DNA from: Torpedo marmorata
Taxonomy: Eukaryota
DNA: 64,000 nucleotides
Assembly (NCBI GenBank): GCA_977017645.1
Contig: OZ360229.1
Location: 102,920,001-102,984,000, forward strand
Direction: 5' to 3'
The position numbers and the translations under genes are program-made. The notes under the pieces are model-generated. The model saw only the letters and a program-made list of their open reading frames with translations, did no database searches and was not told the DNA's origin. This document shows positions 38,134 to 50,044 of the stretch, one piece after another; positions within the stretch are counted from its first letter, which is position 1; each line of letters opens with the position of its first letter.

Positions 38134-38368
38134 TAAAGGTAAAGGTTCCATTATTGTCACGTAATACTACATTTAGAATGTAACATACATGAAATTCTTT
38201 AATTTTTGTCTACCGTAAGGCAGACAGAGGGCCGCTACTTTGTCCAGCGCCCCTCACAGAAACCTACAGCACCTGGTGTTCCTTGGCAGTCTCCCCTCCA
38301 AGTACTGACCAGTCCTGTGCCTGTTTAGCTTCCGAGATCAGACAATCCCAGTCGTATTCAGGCTATTG
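38134..38368 (-). mobile_element. 5S rRNA-derived SINE (SINE3-type)
   Basis: Minus strand 38368-38260 is a diverged 5S (GTCTGATCTCGGAAGCTAA..CTGGTCAGTACTTGGA..GGTGCTGTAGG) fused to a LINE-like tail ending GTGACAATAA and (ACCTTT)2. Confidence 0.8.
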
Positions 38369-38644
38369 GTGCTGAAGACAACAGAGAACAGTACAGGCCC
38401 TTTGGCCCACAATGTTGTGCTAACCTATATAAACCTACTCCACATCAATCCAACCCTTCCCTTCCTCATAGCCCATTATCCTCCATTTTTGAATCCGTGT
38501 ACCTGTCTAAGAGTCTTTTAAATGTTCCTATTGCCTCAACAAATAACAAAGTGCGAATCACCTTAACAAAGTAGTTTTAACTGGAAATCTGGAGGCCAAT
38601 GGTGGAGGTACAGCAAGGGAATAGAAGAATTTTTAATTAAAAAA

Positions 38645-38886
38645 ATTTTTTAGACATACTGCACGGTAACAGGCCCTTTCGGCCCATGAGCCCGTGCCGC
38701 CCAATTACACCCAATTGACCTACAATCCCCATACGTTTTGAAGGGTGGGAGGAAACCAGAGCACCAGGAGGAAATCTACGCAGACACGGGGAGAACGTAC
38801 AAACTCCTTACAGACAGCGCGGGATACGAACCCAGGTCACTGGCGCAGTAACAGCATTGCACTAATCGCTATGCTAACTTTGCCTC
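38645..38886 (-). mobile_element. tRNA-derived SINE (HE1-like)
   Basis: Reverse copy of the 10710 family. Confidence 0.8.
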
Positions 38887-40424
38887 CCTAGCAGGGAGGA
38901 GGGAGGAATTTATTCTTGGTCACAATAGAGGACCGGCCAGAGTTTGTACTCATTCCCAGCTCAACTTGCTCCATTCACATCTGTGTCAGAGAACATGCAG
39001 ATATATACACACCTGACATACATTTTTGCATACAATTCAGCACCAGAGACGATAGTTAAGTTTTTCCCCAAAAGTTAATCCCTTCCTCTCGCAATTCTCG
39101 GACCTGTTCAACAGCTTTCTGTTTCATATATTTATGTTTTGGTGGTCTATAATCTACGGGCCAGGTTTGCATTTCAGGCTTCAGCTCCCTGATGAAAATC
39201 ATATGACTGACAACAGCACAAGAGTTGGTTTTTGGATGTCAAATATATCTCACTCACCAATTATTTCAATTAAAGAATTTGAATACACAAAGCAACAAGG
39301 ATCTCATTATCCAAGAAACATGTTCAAATGATCTCCCCTGCCAGGTTTTCAACAATTTTCTTCTCACTGCTTGCATGTAATTACCTAACAAAAAAACCTG
39401 GGAAACACAAGCACCAAAAGCAAAACCAAAACCCATGGGTTTGTAACTACGGTAATTAAAGCAAATGAATCGAAAATGTGTGCAGTACAATCCAGTTGAC
39501 AGCAATACTGTGATGTGTATTTTGTTCTACTGTTACATTGATAAATAACATGAATGTTCAAAACATGCAGGGAATTTGTGGTCTAATAATAAAATGCCAG
39601 GTTGCATCACATTCATTGACAAATAAAATTTCAGGTATATCAGAAATTCCACAGCATGCAAAATGGACAGTTTCGTATTTGGAAGTGATGAGAATTTTAT
39701 TTATGTTTTGGGAGGAAATTAAAATAGCCTCTGGTTGTTAATTTAATGGGGGGGGATAACTGTGGATTAACAAGTCATTGCTGGGTGTTCTGCATTTGAA
39801 TTGCAACCTCCCCCCTCTGCAGCCTTCTGTGGAGTTGCTCTTCTATCAAGGAACTGCAATGAGATATCAGGGTCAAGTCCTTAAGTGCACAGGTGACACT
39901 GGTGAAATGATTTCTGGTTTGTTCCAGGCTATGAGTCGGGCCTTTCCCAAGGGGTAAAAGAAGAAAAATTGGGAATGAAGAATGATTAGCTGGCCCTTTC
40001 AGTCCATTCGTTTTTCCTTGGATTGACATGGGTAGAAGACTCTGCTCTCCCCACTCTGTCAAGTAAAAGTAGATGGATTAAAACATGAGAAAACCCATCA
40101 ATAAACTAATCACCTGATGTTATTTTAGACTCTAGCAGAGTAACAAATCAATTCACCCCCTGATTGATTAGTTAGAGTTCCATTTTCTGGTTGACTGTTC
40201 CTTTGAAGCACACATGGCAACTGTAAATGGTCGGTGTGGACAGTTTGTGATCTGAATGCCTTGCCAGTATGCAAGGGCTCTCTGGACTCAGTGGGCTGGA
40301 AACCCTGTTTCCCTGCCACATGACTATGGCTTGGTGATGACACCCTTGCCCTTGAGTCACTGCGCCAGGACCAGACCTGCTCTCAGCATTCCTGGAGACT
40401 GCCACTGCATTTTTGGTTGACAAG

Positions 40425-40620
40425 TAAAACACGAAAATCTGTAGACACCGTGGTTGAAGTAAAAAACACAAATGCTGGAGAAACTCAGCAGGTCAAACAG
40501 TGTCTTTTTCTCATACTTTGATGAAGGGCTCAAGCCCGAAACGTCGGTTATGTATTTCTACCTTTGCTACATAAAAGACACTGTTTGACCTGCTGAGTTT
40601 CTCCAGCATTTGTGTGTTTT
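40425..40620 (+). repeat. Palindromic Penelope-type non-autonomous repeat with a hammerhead-like core
   Basis: Arms AAATGCTGGAGAAACTCAGCAGGTCAAACAGTGTC and GACACTGTTTGACCTGCTGAGTTTCTCCAGCATTT surround TTGATGA-A-GGGC-TCAA-GCCC-GAAACGTC; related pieces at ~3630, 5810, 11020, 20280, 41280, 41905, 57560, 61640 and 62585. Confidence 0.65.
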
Positions 40621-40744
40621 ATTTTTGGTTGACATTTGACATGGTGGCCATGTCTAATGGTTAAGGACTTTCCTCCTGTGTGGATTGTGGACACTCATAG
40701 CCATTGTACTACTATAAAGACAGCTGTGGAAGTGGAAAAACTCA

Positions 40745-41225
40745 AAAGAGTCCAACAGCACTGATACAGGCCCTTCGGTCGACCCTGTCCATAGTGACCA
40801 TCTGTAGTAATCCCATTTGCCAGTACTCTATCTATAGCCTTCTCGTGCTTTGGTGATTCAAGTGCTCATATGGATTCTTCTCAAATGTAGTGAGAGGCTT
40901 TCTGCTTCCACCATTCTCGCAAGCAGTGCATTCCAAACTCCAGGTACCCTTTGGGTGATAAATATTTTCTTTGGATAAGCTCTACTCCTCTTACTCTTTA
41001 CTTTAAACTTAAATCCTCTGGTTATACAAATACCTCTACTATGAGGAAAGAGCTGACTACCATCTACCCATTCTAGGTCATTAACAATTTTGTACACTTC
41101 TGGAAAGCTCCCCCCCCCCCACCCCCTCACCCCCCCAGCCTTCTCCCCTCCAAGGAAAACAAACCCAGTCTATCCAGCCTCTCCTTGTAACTGAAACACT
41201 TCATCCCAGGCGAGATCCTGGTAAA
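40745..41225 (-). mobile_element. Old CR1 LINE 3' fragment
   Basis: Minus ORF EVYKIVND..TRGFKFKV..FITQRVPGVWNAL, matching the CR1 ORF2 C-terminus. Confidence 0.7.
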
Positions 41226-42628
41226 TACTGGGGAGTAGAGAGGAGTAAAACACAATCGGGTGCCTGTCTACATTTTGCTCATATCTTGATGAAGGGCTCA
41301 AGCCCAAAACGTTGGTTATGTATCTTTATCTTTGCCATATAAAGTATGCTGTTAGATCTGCTGAGTTTCTCCAGCATTGTAAATACTGGTGAGTGTTCAA
41401 GTTGAACTCTGCGAGTACTTCCACATCTGCACACCATTCTCCAGTAAACAATGCAGCGCTGTGAAAATAACAACTTTAATGCCAAAATTAATTTCATGGC
41501 GCACAAATATTTGATGAGCCTTTCACAGCCTTTTACATTCCACTATTATTTTTGGATAATCCCTGATTTTCATTGGCAACAGGCCAGTCGCTCAGTCCGT
41601 TCAATGCAGAGATCGGTAGAATTTTAGATATTGAGGGCATTGACACATGATTGGGTTAGTGAGGGAAAGTGGTGCTAAGGTACTGTAAATGATCTTCGTG
41701 TATCTCTTTGTTATCAACCAGGCAAAGCTTCTGCAAAATAAATTCTTCACTGTCTGAAGATATTGGACAGACTGAAAGCCTGTACATCACAAAACTGCAG
41801 ACTTGACAGGAGCTGTGTTGCCTTTCTTTTCTGTCTATGAAAGCTCTTGTTAAAGTTCTGAAGGCTCAGCAAGGCTTAATCCCACATAATGTAGCTTAAT
41901 GCTACATAAAGGACTCTGTTTGACCTGCTGAGCTTCTCCAGCATTTTGTGCTTTTTACTTCAACCATGGTGTCTACAGATTTTCGTGATTTACTTAATCC
42001 CACAGGACCTACTTCACAATGTAATCTCAGTAAATGTGTTCTCACTGAAGCTAACCGCAGAACTCTCATGAAAACTAATGGGTCTAATGAGGTTGGTTGT
42101 GGCCGCTGGTTCCAAAGGGAAACTCCAGCATTTGTCTAGCCGCACCTAAAGTGCAGTGGATTTAAGCACCCCTGCAGTTGGTTCACGATGAGCACACAAC
42201 AGACATGCAATTGTCACTCCACAAGGCAACCACAGGCAGAGCCTGATCACACTGGGATTCCCATGAAGGATCTGTCTCTGAAACGCTACAACAGCCAGAC
42301 AAGGCACCTGATTCCTATCACCATTCTTTCAATGTCAATCCTGAGCCAGAAGATTAGGGAGAAAAGGGGAAACAGCGTACTTTTACTTATAATACTCATA
42401 TTAATGTTTCAAATTAATTAATTTCATTGAAAGAATTTGTAATTTTTAAAAAATAATGTTTGTTTTTAATTAATTAAATAAATTTTAATAGGTTTAGGAT
42501 ATCAGAGAAGTTTTAAGGTGCCTACAAAGCATTTTTAAGGGGGTCAAGGCTCACCAAGGCATCCTGGAGTAGTGCCTCAGTGGCTGATGCTAAATTGCAA
42601 TACTAGATTGAAAGGCCCAGGAGAATTA

Positions 42629-43709
42629 CCGTATATTTCGGCGTATAAGTCGAGTCTTGAAACCCTCAAAAATCTCTCAAAAAACTGGGATCGACTTATA
42701 CGCCGGATATACTTTTGAGACCTTAAAATCAGCTCAAAAACCAATCCACGCCGATTCGGCGTATAAGTCGACCCATGAAAAACCGTTTCGGCATATAGGT
42801 CGACCCTGGAAGCACCTACCCACCGCCGGCACCGCCGCTCCCCGACACCTTCCCACCGCCGGGCGCCGCCATAAACCACCCAGACATTCTACAATTGTAG
42901 AGCCCGAGGTCCCCGCTCCTACCCGGGAGAACGAGCTCCCTGCTCCTGCTCGGAAGAAACATGTCCCCGCTCCTGCTCAGGAGAACGAGCTCCCTGCTCC
43001 TGCTCGGGAGAACGAGCTCCCCGCTCCTGCTCGGTAGAACGAGCTCCCCGCTCCTGCTTGGGAGAAAGACGTCCCCGCTCCTGCTCAGGAGAACGAGCTC
43101 CCTGCTCCTACTCGGGAGAAAGACGTCCCCGCTCCTGCTTGGGAGAACGAGCTCCCTGCTCCTGCTCGGAAGAAACATGTCCCCGCTCCTGCTCAGGAGA
43201 ACGAGCTCCCTGCTCCTGCTCGGGAGAACGAGCTCCCCGCTCCTGCTCGGGAGAACGAGCTCCCCGCTCCTGCTCGGGAGAAAGACGTCCCCGCTCCTGC
43301 TCGGGAGAACGAGCTCCCCGCTCCTGCTCGGGAGAAAGACGTCCCCACTCCTGCTCGGGAGAACGCGCTCCCCGCTCTTGCTCCGGAGAAAGAAGTCGCC
43401 GCACCTGCATCTTCCCGGCCAGAAGCAGAGGTTTTTTTTACTGTTTTTTTTACTTACCGGCACTTGCTTAATTTACAGTTTTGTTACTTGGCGATTGGGA
43501 TGTTGTAACAAATTTTGGGTTGTTGCTGGGAGGCCCAGACAGCCTGAAAATTGGGGGTCGACTTATATGCCGGTCAATGCGCAACATCTCAGGCATCGTG
43601 ATTTTTGGGGGTCGACTTATACGCCGGATATACCATAAAACCATTAAAATGAGTCTGAAAAAGGGGGGTCGACTTATCCGCGAGTCGACTTATACGCCGA
43701 AATATACGG
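42629..43709. mobile_element. Non-autonomous Tc1/mariner-superfamily (pogo/Tc2-like) DNA transposon
   Basis: TIR CCGTATATTTCGGCGTATAAGTCGA at both ends; TA target duplication; subterminal GTCGACTTATACGCCG repeats. Confidence 0.9.
42905..43390. repeat. 27-bp minisatellite inside the DNA transposon
   Basis: About 18 units of GAGAACGAGCTCCCCGCTCCTGCTCGG with variants. Confidence 0.92.
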
Positions 43710-45043
43710 TAGTCATGAATTTTGACACCAGATTAGTATGGGCATGCACAGAGTAGGATGAGGGTGCAGGTGGGGATTTAGTGCAGGCAGGGTTAGTGGC
43801 ATTAGTAGGGTTATTTTCTGGCCCTTCCAGGCACCACTAAGAAGGTGATTGTGCTTTACTCTGCCATCATAACCAATATCGATCTCAGATCAACTGTTCA
43901 AGCCTTGCTGGTGTGCCAGGAATGACCACTGTTGCCCACCTTGCAATTTGCTGGAACCCTTTTGACAATGAACCTCCAATTGCCGACATGCCGTCCGAAG
44001 AACACTGTGCTCTAGCTATCCGTCATTTCAAATCATCTAGTTGTTAAAACTATAGATAGAATGATGAATAATTTTCCAAGAATTTGTAGCTGTTTCCTTT
44101 CACTTAATATCTCCTAACTCCTTTGTGAATAGAGCAATAATCTAATGCAGTAAATGGACCAGATCTCGCTGGCTGGTCTGCTTCCAAGCCCACTTCATGC
44201 TTTTCCCATCTGGAATCACTGCCATTGCCCCCACTTCCCTTGGTTCAGATTGGAGAGAGGGAATGGTTTTCCACAGGCCCTCTGCACCTGAAGTCTAACA
44301 GAATGGTCTGGTGCTAATAGGGTCTCAGGGTTCACAAGGGACCCTTACTCTGAACTCAGTGGACAGTCTTTGATAGCTGACAGAACAAGATGAGTGGAGT
44401 TTACTAGCAGTAAAAGCTGTAATTGATTTTTAATCAGTTTTAAATGTCACAATAATTTACAATCCATTGCCATTGAAGTAGATGAGGGAAATAAAAATAA
44501 TGAAACACACCAATAAATAACTCTAAACATTAAACTGAAATAGTTTAAAAATATAATTAGCCTTTCTCTTTACTTTCTAAATGTTTGCCCTCAAATCCCC
44601 ATTAAAATCACTGGGCTCTTGGATTCTGCACTAGGCCAGACCTGGTACATTAAATGAGAGGTGATCCTCCAGCAATAGATTGAATTGACAGATTTGTCTT
44701 TACAAATCTATCATGAAGTCTTGGTCGTCTGTATTTGCTAAGATATGCTCAGCAATTGTGAACATGCTGCAGTTTAAATGGTTGAAGAGCAGTGAATTCG
44801 ATCCGATCATGCTGATAGTGGGAAGAAGATTCAATCAAACATCCATTCAAACACAAAATCTTACTAATATTCAATTGCCTTATCCAGTTCATTGTGTGTT
44901 AGCTTATCATTCCCATTGTTCCCATTGGAACAATTAGTTGATTGCCGCAGACACCTTGTTCAATATGATGATGTTGAATTTATAGTCTGCGAGGAAGCAA
45001 AAACACTTACATTTACAGTATGTCAAAGAAAACTGTTCACAGT

Positions 45044-45789
45044 AGGCCTTTTCACACTGCCAAGTGCATGTGGGTTAACTGGGCGATTTACCCAGTAACT
45101 TACCTAGTAATCGTGCAGTATGAAAAGTCCGAATTGGGCATGGCAGGTCAAAATCGACCAGGCTCCGAGACCTAGTCGGGGGGTACACTCGGAGCCCGGC
45201 CGAGTTAACCCGCCAATCGTCTTCTGGCGGTCTGAAAACACAAATGGCTTATCTGGTAAGATTACTGACGTCAGCGCCTGCGCGCTTGCGTCACATAAAA
45301 CCCATAAAAATAGAAATAAGAGATACAACAATATAAATGTTACTTTAACGATGCCAAAGGGAACTAAGCCACAATATTAAAAGTATTTTAAAATTGCAAA
45401 ACTTGTAGCTTACCGAAATCAAAAAAACAACGGGCCCGCTCAGGGCGGCGGCGGCTCAATGCAGGATCAATGGTTACCCATAATCCCCCATGCAGCTGGA
45501 ACCGCTCTGCGTTTCCCTGGCACTGGCAAATTGGCAGAGCGGTTCCAGCTGCGTGGGGGATTATGGGTAACGAAGATGGCCATTGATCCCGCATTGAGCC
45601 GCCGCCGCCGTCGCCGCCCTGAGCGGGCCCGTTGATTTTTGAAACACTTCCTGTGAGTGCGTAACGCGTCACTCGCATCGTCATCGTTGGAGTTAGGCTG
45701 CGGTATGAAAGACCCCGGAGGTCCAGGCTTCCCTGGAACTTTTCCTGGGACATAAGAGGCTGACATACGTCGGCGGTGTGAAAAGGCCT
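45044..45789. mobile_element. PIF/Harbinger-type MITE
   Basis: TIRs AGGCCTTTTCACAC and GTGTGAAAAGGCCT; 3-bp TSD AGT (45041-45043, 45790-45792); large internal palindrome. Confidence 0.85.
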
Positions 45790-46783
45790 AGTGACAACTC
45801 CTTATTTTCCAATGATAGCAAGCATGATTTCAAAGGGATCTTGGGCACGCAGCAGCTATGATCTAATCAAAGTGGCTAAATAGCCAATTGAATTAAAGAA
45901 TTCTCACATAGCGTATCAGAAAACAAAAAGCACAATTTTCAATTAATATTTTAAGTAGTATAGAGTACTAAATAATGATTGGGAAATTGAAGTAGCAACT
46001 GAAGAATCAATAAAAATGCACATACAAATAGCCTTTTCATTTTGAAACAATAATTTGAAAGGATTGCAGAACACAGACATGGGATGGATTTTTAAGGCCA
46101 GATGGTTTATTATTTATAGATTAGAAAACTATTAAAAACTAAGTTAAAGAATTGCATAAAAATATGAGATTTTCTGGATATTTTATAGCAGAACTAATTC
46201 ATAAATAGGTTCCATTTACATCTGCCCAAGTGATTCCCCTCGACAGTGGCAAGCCGGCAGAAAATAGAGTAGTCTGCGAAGAGGCAACGAATCATTGACA
46301 GCAGCTTTGAGATTTCCTTGTTAAACCAGCTGTGTGAGAACATGGCAAGGCTGCTGTCAATTTCTCAGACCAATGATGACTTTTATTACGCGTACAACTG
46401 CAAAATCTGAGATGTTATCGCGAAAGCTTCTCAATTTCTAATGCATGTTTTCAGATGATAGTGAAGTATTTACCAGAAGAGCATTTCCCACTCATGTGTG
46501 CAACAAGCCAGCAGTTTTTTTTAAACTACGCCATAGGACTGCATCTCTGTAACGCCGCGAATAATATCAAGCATTTTCCATTTCCCTTGATTTCTATCCT
46601 GATACAGCAAAGACTTCCAACTAATTCTCAACTTCGAATCATTATTTTCCCAGGAACAAAGCTCCTAGAATGTAACTTAATGTTATGCTTGAACTTTATA
46701 GGTACCAGAGCGAGAATCCTATCATCTTATCAATCTGGAACGTATTCAAGCCCAAATACAGAGATTTTATTTTAACAATCCAG

Positions 46784-49289
46784 TGTAGCCGACTGCTACG
46801 AAGAAACACACACATGCAGTGTGGAAGATTAAGCTCTCTCCTTTATTGAGGCTGGAAATGCTTCTTTTATACAGTTGGAGTTCCCGCCGTTTGGTTGATT
46901 GGTTGACATCAGCCGCAAGAATAACAATAGAGGGCGGGAACGTTCTTGCATATGAATACCCTTCTTCCCCAGCCTGGTATTGATCTGTTAGCTGGGCAGC
47001 TTGGCCAGCACCATTTTAGGGCTGCTGGTCTTGTACTGCTCCAGCTTTCAACCGCGCCGGTTCACTATGCTAAGGGTCGCGTTACAGAGAGTTATGCCGC
47101 TATTTACTACTGCGCGCGCTGCGCGATATGCCAGCTCGATCTCCGCGGTGGCAGGCCGCCACAAGACCCCCCCAGAACCGGCGCTACAGTTCATAATGTC
47201 TGTGGATGCAGTCCCCAATGTCTTTGGTGGTCTGCCTCTGCGCCGAGGTGCTGGCGTCTCCACGGGTTGTGTCGGGTCCGTGTGTGCCGGCTTGAGCCTG
47301 TCTGCGGTGAAGACCTCTGGTTTGCCACCGATGTCCAGTTCCAAGATGGCCCCGTTGTTCCATATGACTCGGAAGGGGCCTTCATAGGGCTTCTGTAGCG
47401 GTGGACGGTGTGGCCCTCTGCGTACGAACACATACTCACAGTCTTGGACTTCTTTAGGGATTTTGAACTTGCCTTGCCCGTGTCTGGAGGGTGGGATCGG
47501 AGCCAGGTTAATGACCTTTTCCCACAGCCTGTCCAGGAAGGTGGTTGTATCCTCCTGTTGACCTCTGGCCGGTGGGAGGAAATCCCCGGGGACAATGAGT
47601 GGAGCTCCGTAGACGAGCTCGGCGGAGGATGTGTGGAGGTCTTCCTTCGGGACTGTACGAATCCACAGCAGTGCCCATGGCAGTTCGTCAACCCAGTTAG
47701 GGCCCTTGAGTCTGGTCATAAGGGCGGCCTTGAGGTGCCTGTGGAAGCGCTCAACCAGCCCATTAGACTGCGGGTGGTATGCTGTTGTGTGGTGTAGCTG
47801 AGCGCCCCACAGGTTGGCAATGTCGGTCCACAGGCTGGAGGTAAATTGTGCACCTCTGTCGGAGGTTATGTGGCCTGGTAGCCCGAACCTTGCTACCCAG
47901 GACGAGACGAGTGCCTTGGCGCAGGACCTGCTGGATGTGTCAGCCAGGGGGATTGCTTCTGGCCACCGGGTGAAATGGTCGACCACCGTGAACAGGTAGC
48001 GGAAACCCTGTGAGACTGGCAGCCCTCAACGTGGGGCCCACTTGCCTGCATCTTGTGTCCAAACCTGTTGGGCGCATCACGCTGACCTCCGCTACTGTAT
48101 CCACCAAGAATTGTCTACCGGAAAGGCGAACCCATTCGTACAGGAGGCTCCCTCGATGGCCAGCCGCCGTGGCCATCAGTGACGGCTGGCCTTGTCGTTT
48201 CCCTGGAACTTGCACAGCGACCAGCATCGGCTGGCCTCGGAGTCCCATCTTTGGTGGTAGAAGCACCATCTCTCCTTGGACTCATCCCTGCCTCTTGCCT
48301 GACGCTCCTTTCCAGGGCCTGCCTTGGTCTGGTTGTGAGACTTCGTGACGAGCCCCACGGTAGCCGAGCACTTCTGTTTCTACTTCCACAGAATATCTGC
48401 CTGTGCTGTGACTTTCCGGGGGTCGCTGAAATCCGCGTCAGCCAGGAGCAGTTGGATGTCCTCGGGCAGCTGCTCCAAGAACGCCTGCTCGAACATGACG
48501 CAGGGCTTGTGGTCTCCCAGGAGGGCTAGCATCTCGTTCATGAGTGCTGACGGGGATCTGTCCCCTAGCCCATCCAGGTGGAGCAGCCGTGCCCCTCTCT
48601 CAAACCGCGAGAGCCCGAAGGTCTCAGTCAATAGCTCTTTGAAGGCAGTGTAAGTGCCTTCCGATGTTGGCCTCTGGATGAAGTTGGACACCCTTTCTGC
48701 AGTCTCTGGATCCAGGGTGCTGACCACATGGTAGTACCGTGACGTCTCAGCTGTGATGCCCCGAATCTGGAACTGAGCCTCAGCCTGGTCGAACCACACG
48801 TCGGGTCGAACTGTCCAGAAGGTTGGGAGCTTGAGGCTGACTGCGCTGATCGCTGCTTCGCTATCCATCGCTGGGTTTAGATGCCGTCTAAACCGTCGGG
48901 GTCACCAATTGTAGCCGACTGCTACGAAGAAACACACACACGCAGTGTGGAAGGTTAAGCTCTCTCCTTTATTGAGGCTGGAAATGCTTCTTTTATACAG
49001 TTTGAGTTCCCGCCGTTTGGTTGATTGGTTGACATCAGCCGCATGAATAACAATAGCGGGCGGGAACGTTCTTGCATATGAATACCCTCCTTCCCCAGCC
49101 TGGTATTGACCTGTTAGCTGGGCAGCTTGGCCAGCGCCATTTTAGGGCTGCTGGTCTTGTACTGCTCCAGCTTTCAACCGTACCGGTTCGCTATGCTAAG
49201 GGTCGTGTTACAGTGTGTTATGCCGCTGTTTACTACCGCGCGTGCCACGCGATGTGCCGGCTCGATCTCCGCGGTGGCGGGCTGCCACA
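46784..49289 (-). mobile_element. Internally deleted Gypsy LTR retrotransposon (LTRs 46784-47163 and 48910-49289)
   Basis: TG..CA LTRs of 380 bp; TSD CCAG; PBS TGGTGACCCCGACG (tRNA-Trp); gag VSLKLPTFW; protease FLVDTVAEVS; integrase VDHFTRWPEA..TSDRGAQF..NGLVERFHR..GPF; G-rich PPT. Confidence 0.93.
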
Positions 49290-50044
49290 CCAGCATAGTA
49301 GAAGGCTCATCCAGCCCATAAAACCTGTGTCACCCAATAAACCTACTAACCCTGTACATTTTGAAGGGTGGGAGGGCACCGGAGCACAAACCCACGCAAG
49401 TCAGATGAAATGACGATGTGTTGGCACAGTGTGTCCTATCAATGTAACATTTAATTCCACATAAAATTAGCGTAATTCCTTGATCATTACACAGATTTTC
49501 CAAAATTAAATGTTTCTGCTGGTGAAGATTTGCCTTCTAGAGATCTGAACATTTTGCAGTATTATACGCAAAGAAGATAAATGGTTTGCAAATAAGTGAA
49601 CACTAGAATAAAGAATCTAATGGCATAGAGGGAGTCACATTGGCCCAGTCCCAGTTGTGTAGAAGACCTGTCGACGATATCCTACAACCCAGGATCCACT
49701 CCTTGACACTGTCTAACCAGCTGTGGAGTAGATAGATTCAAGCTAGTTAGCTTATTAAAACCACAAATTGTCAAGAATAAATTATTTTTGCCCCTTTGTA
49801 CAACAGTACTCCAAACAGAGAAATCCAGCTTCTCCAATGTCCACATAAAGGCAATTTTGAAGGACCAGTGTCATTCTGTTCCTCCAGCAACCACCTTCCA
49901 TGGGCAGCAGTGTTTCCAGGTCCAGCGACTGCAAAGGATGCAGTCATTACAGTTAAAAAAAAGTTACATGCTGCTTTAATTTAATATGTCCGGTCAGTTA
50001 CCTTAGCCAGGTTCTCAGTGGTAAAGACCATGTTCACAACCATT

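Noticed and set aside
38260-38368. Functional 5S rRNA gene
   Set aside because: The 5' end is diverged, there are many substitutions, it is a single copy, and it is fused to a LINE-like tail.
42816-43638. Repetitive ORFs or a CRISPR-like array
   Set aside because: Tandem 27-bp minisatellite without unique spacers, inside a TIR element in vertebrate DNA; no cas genes.
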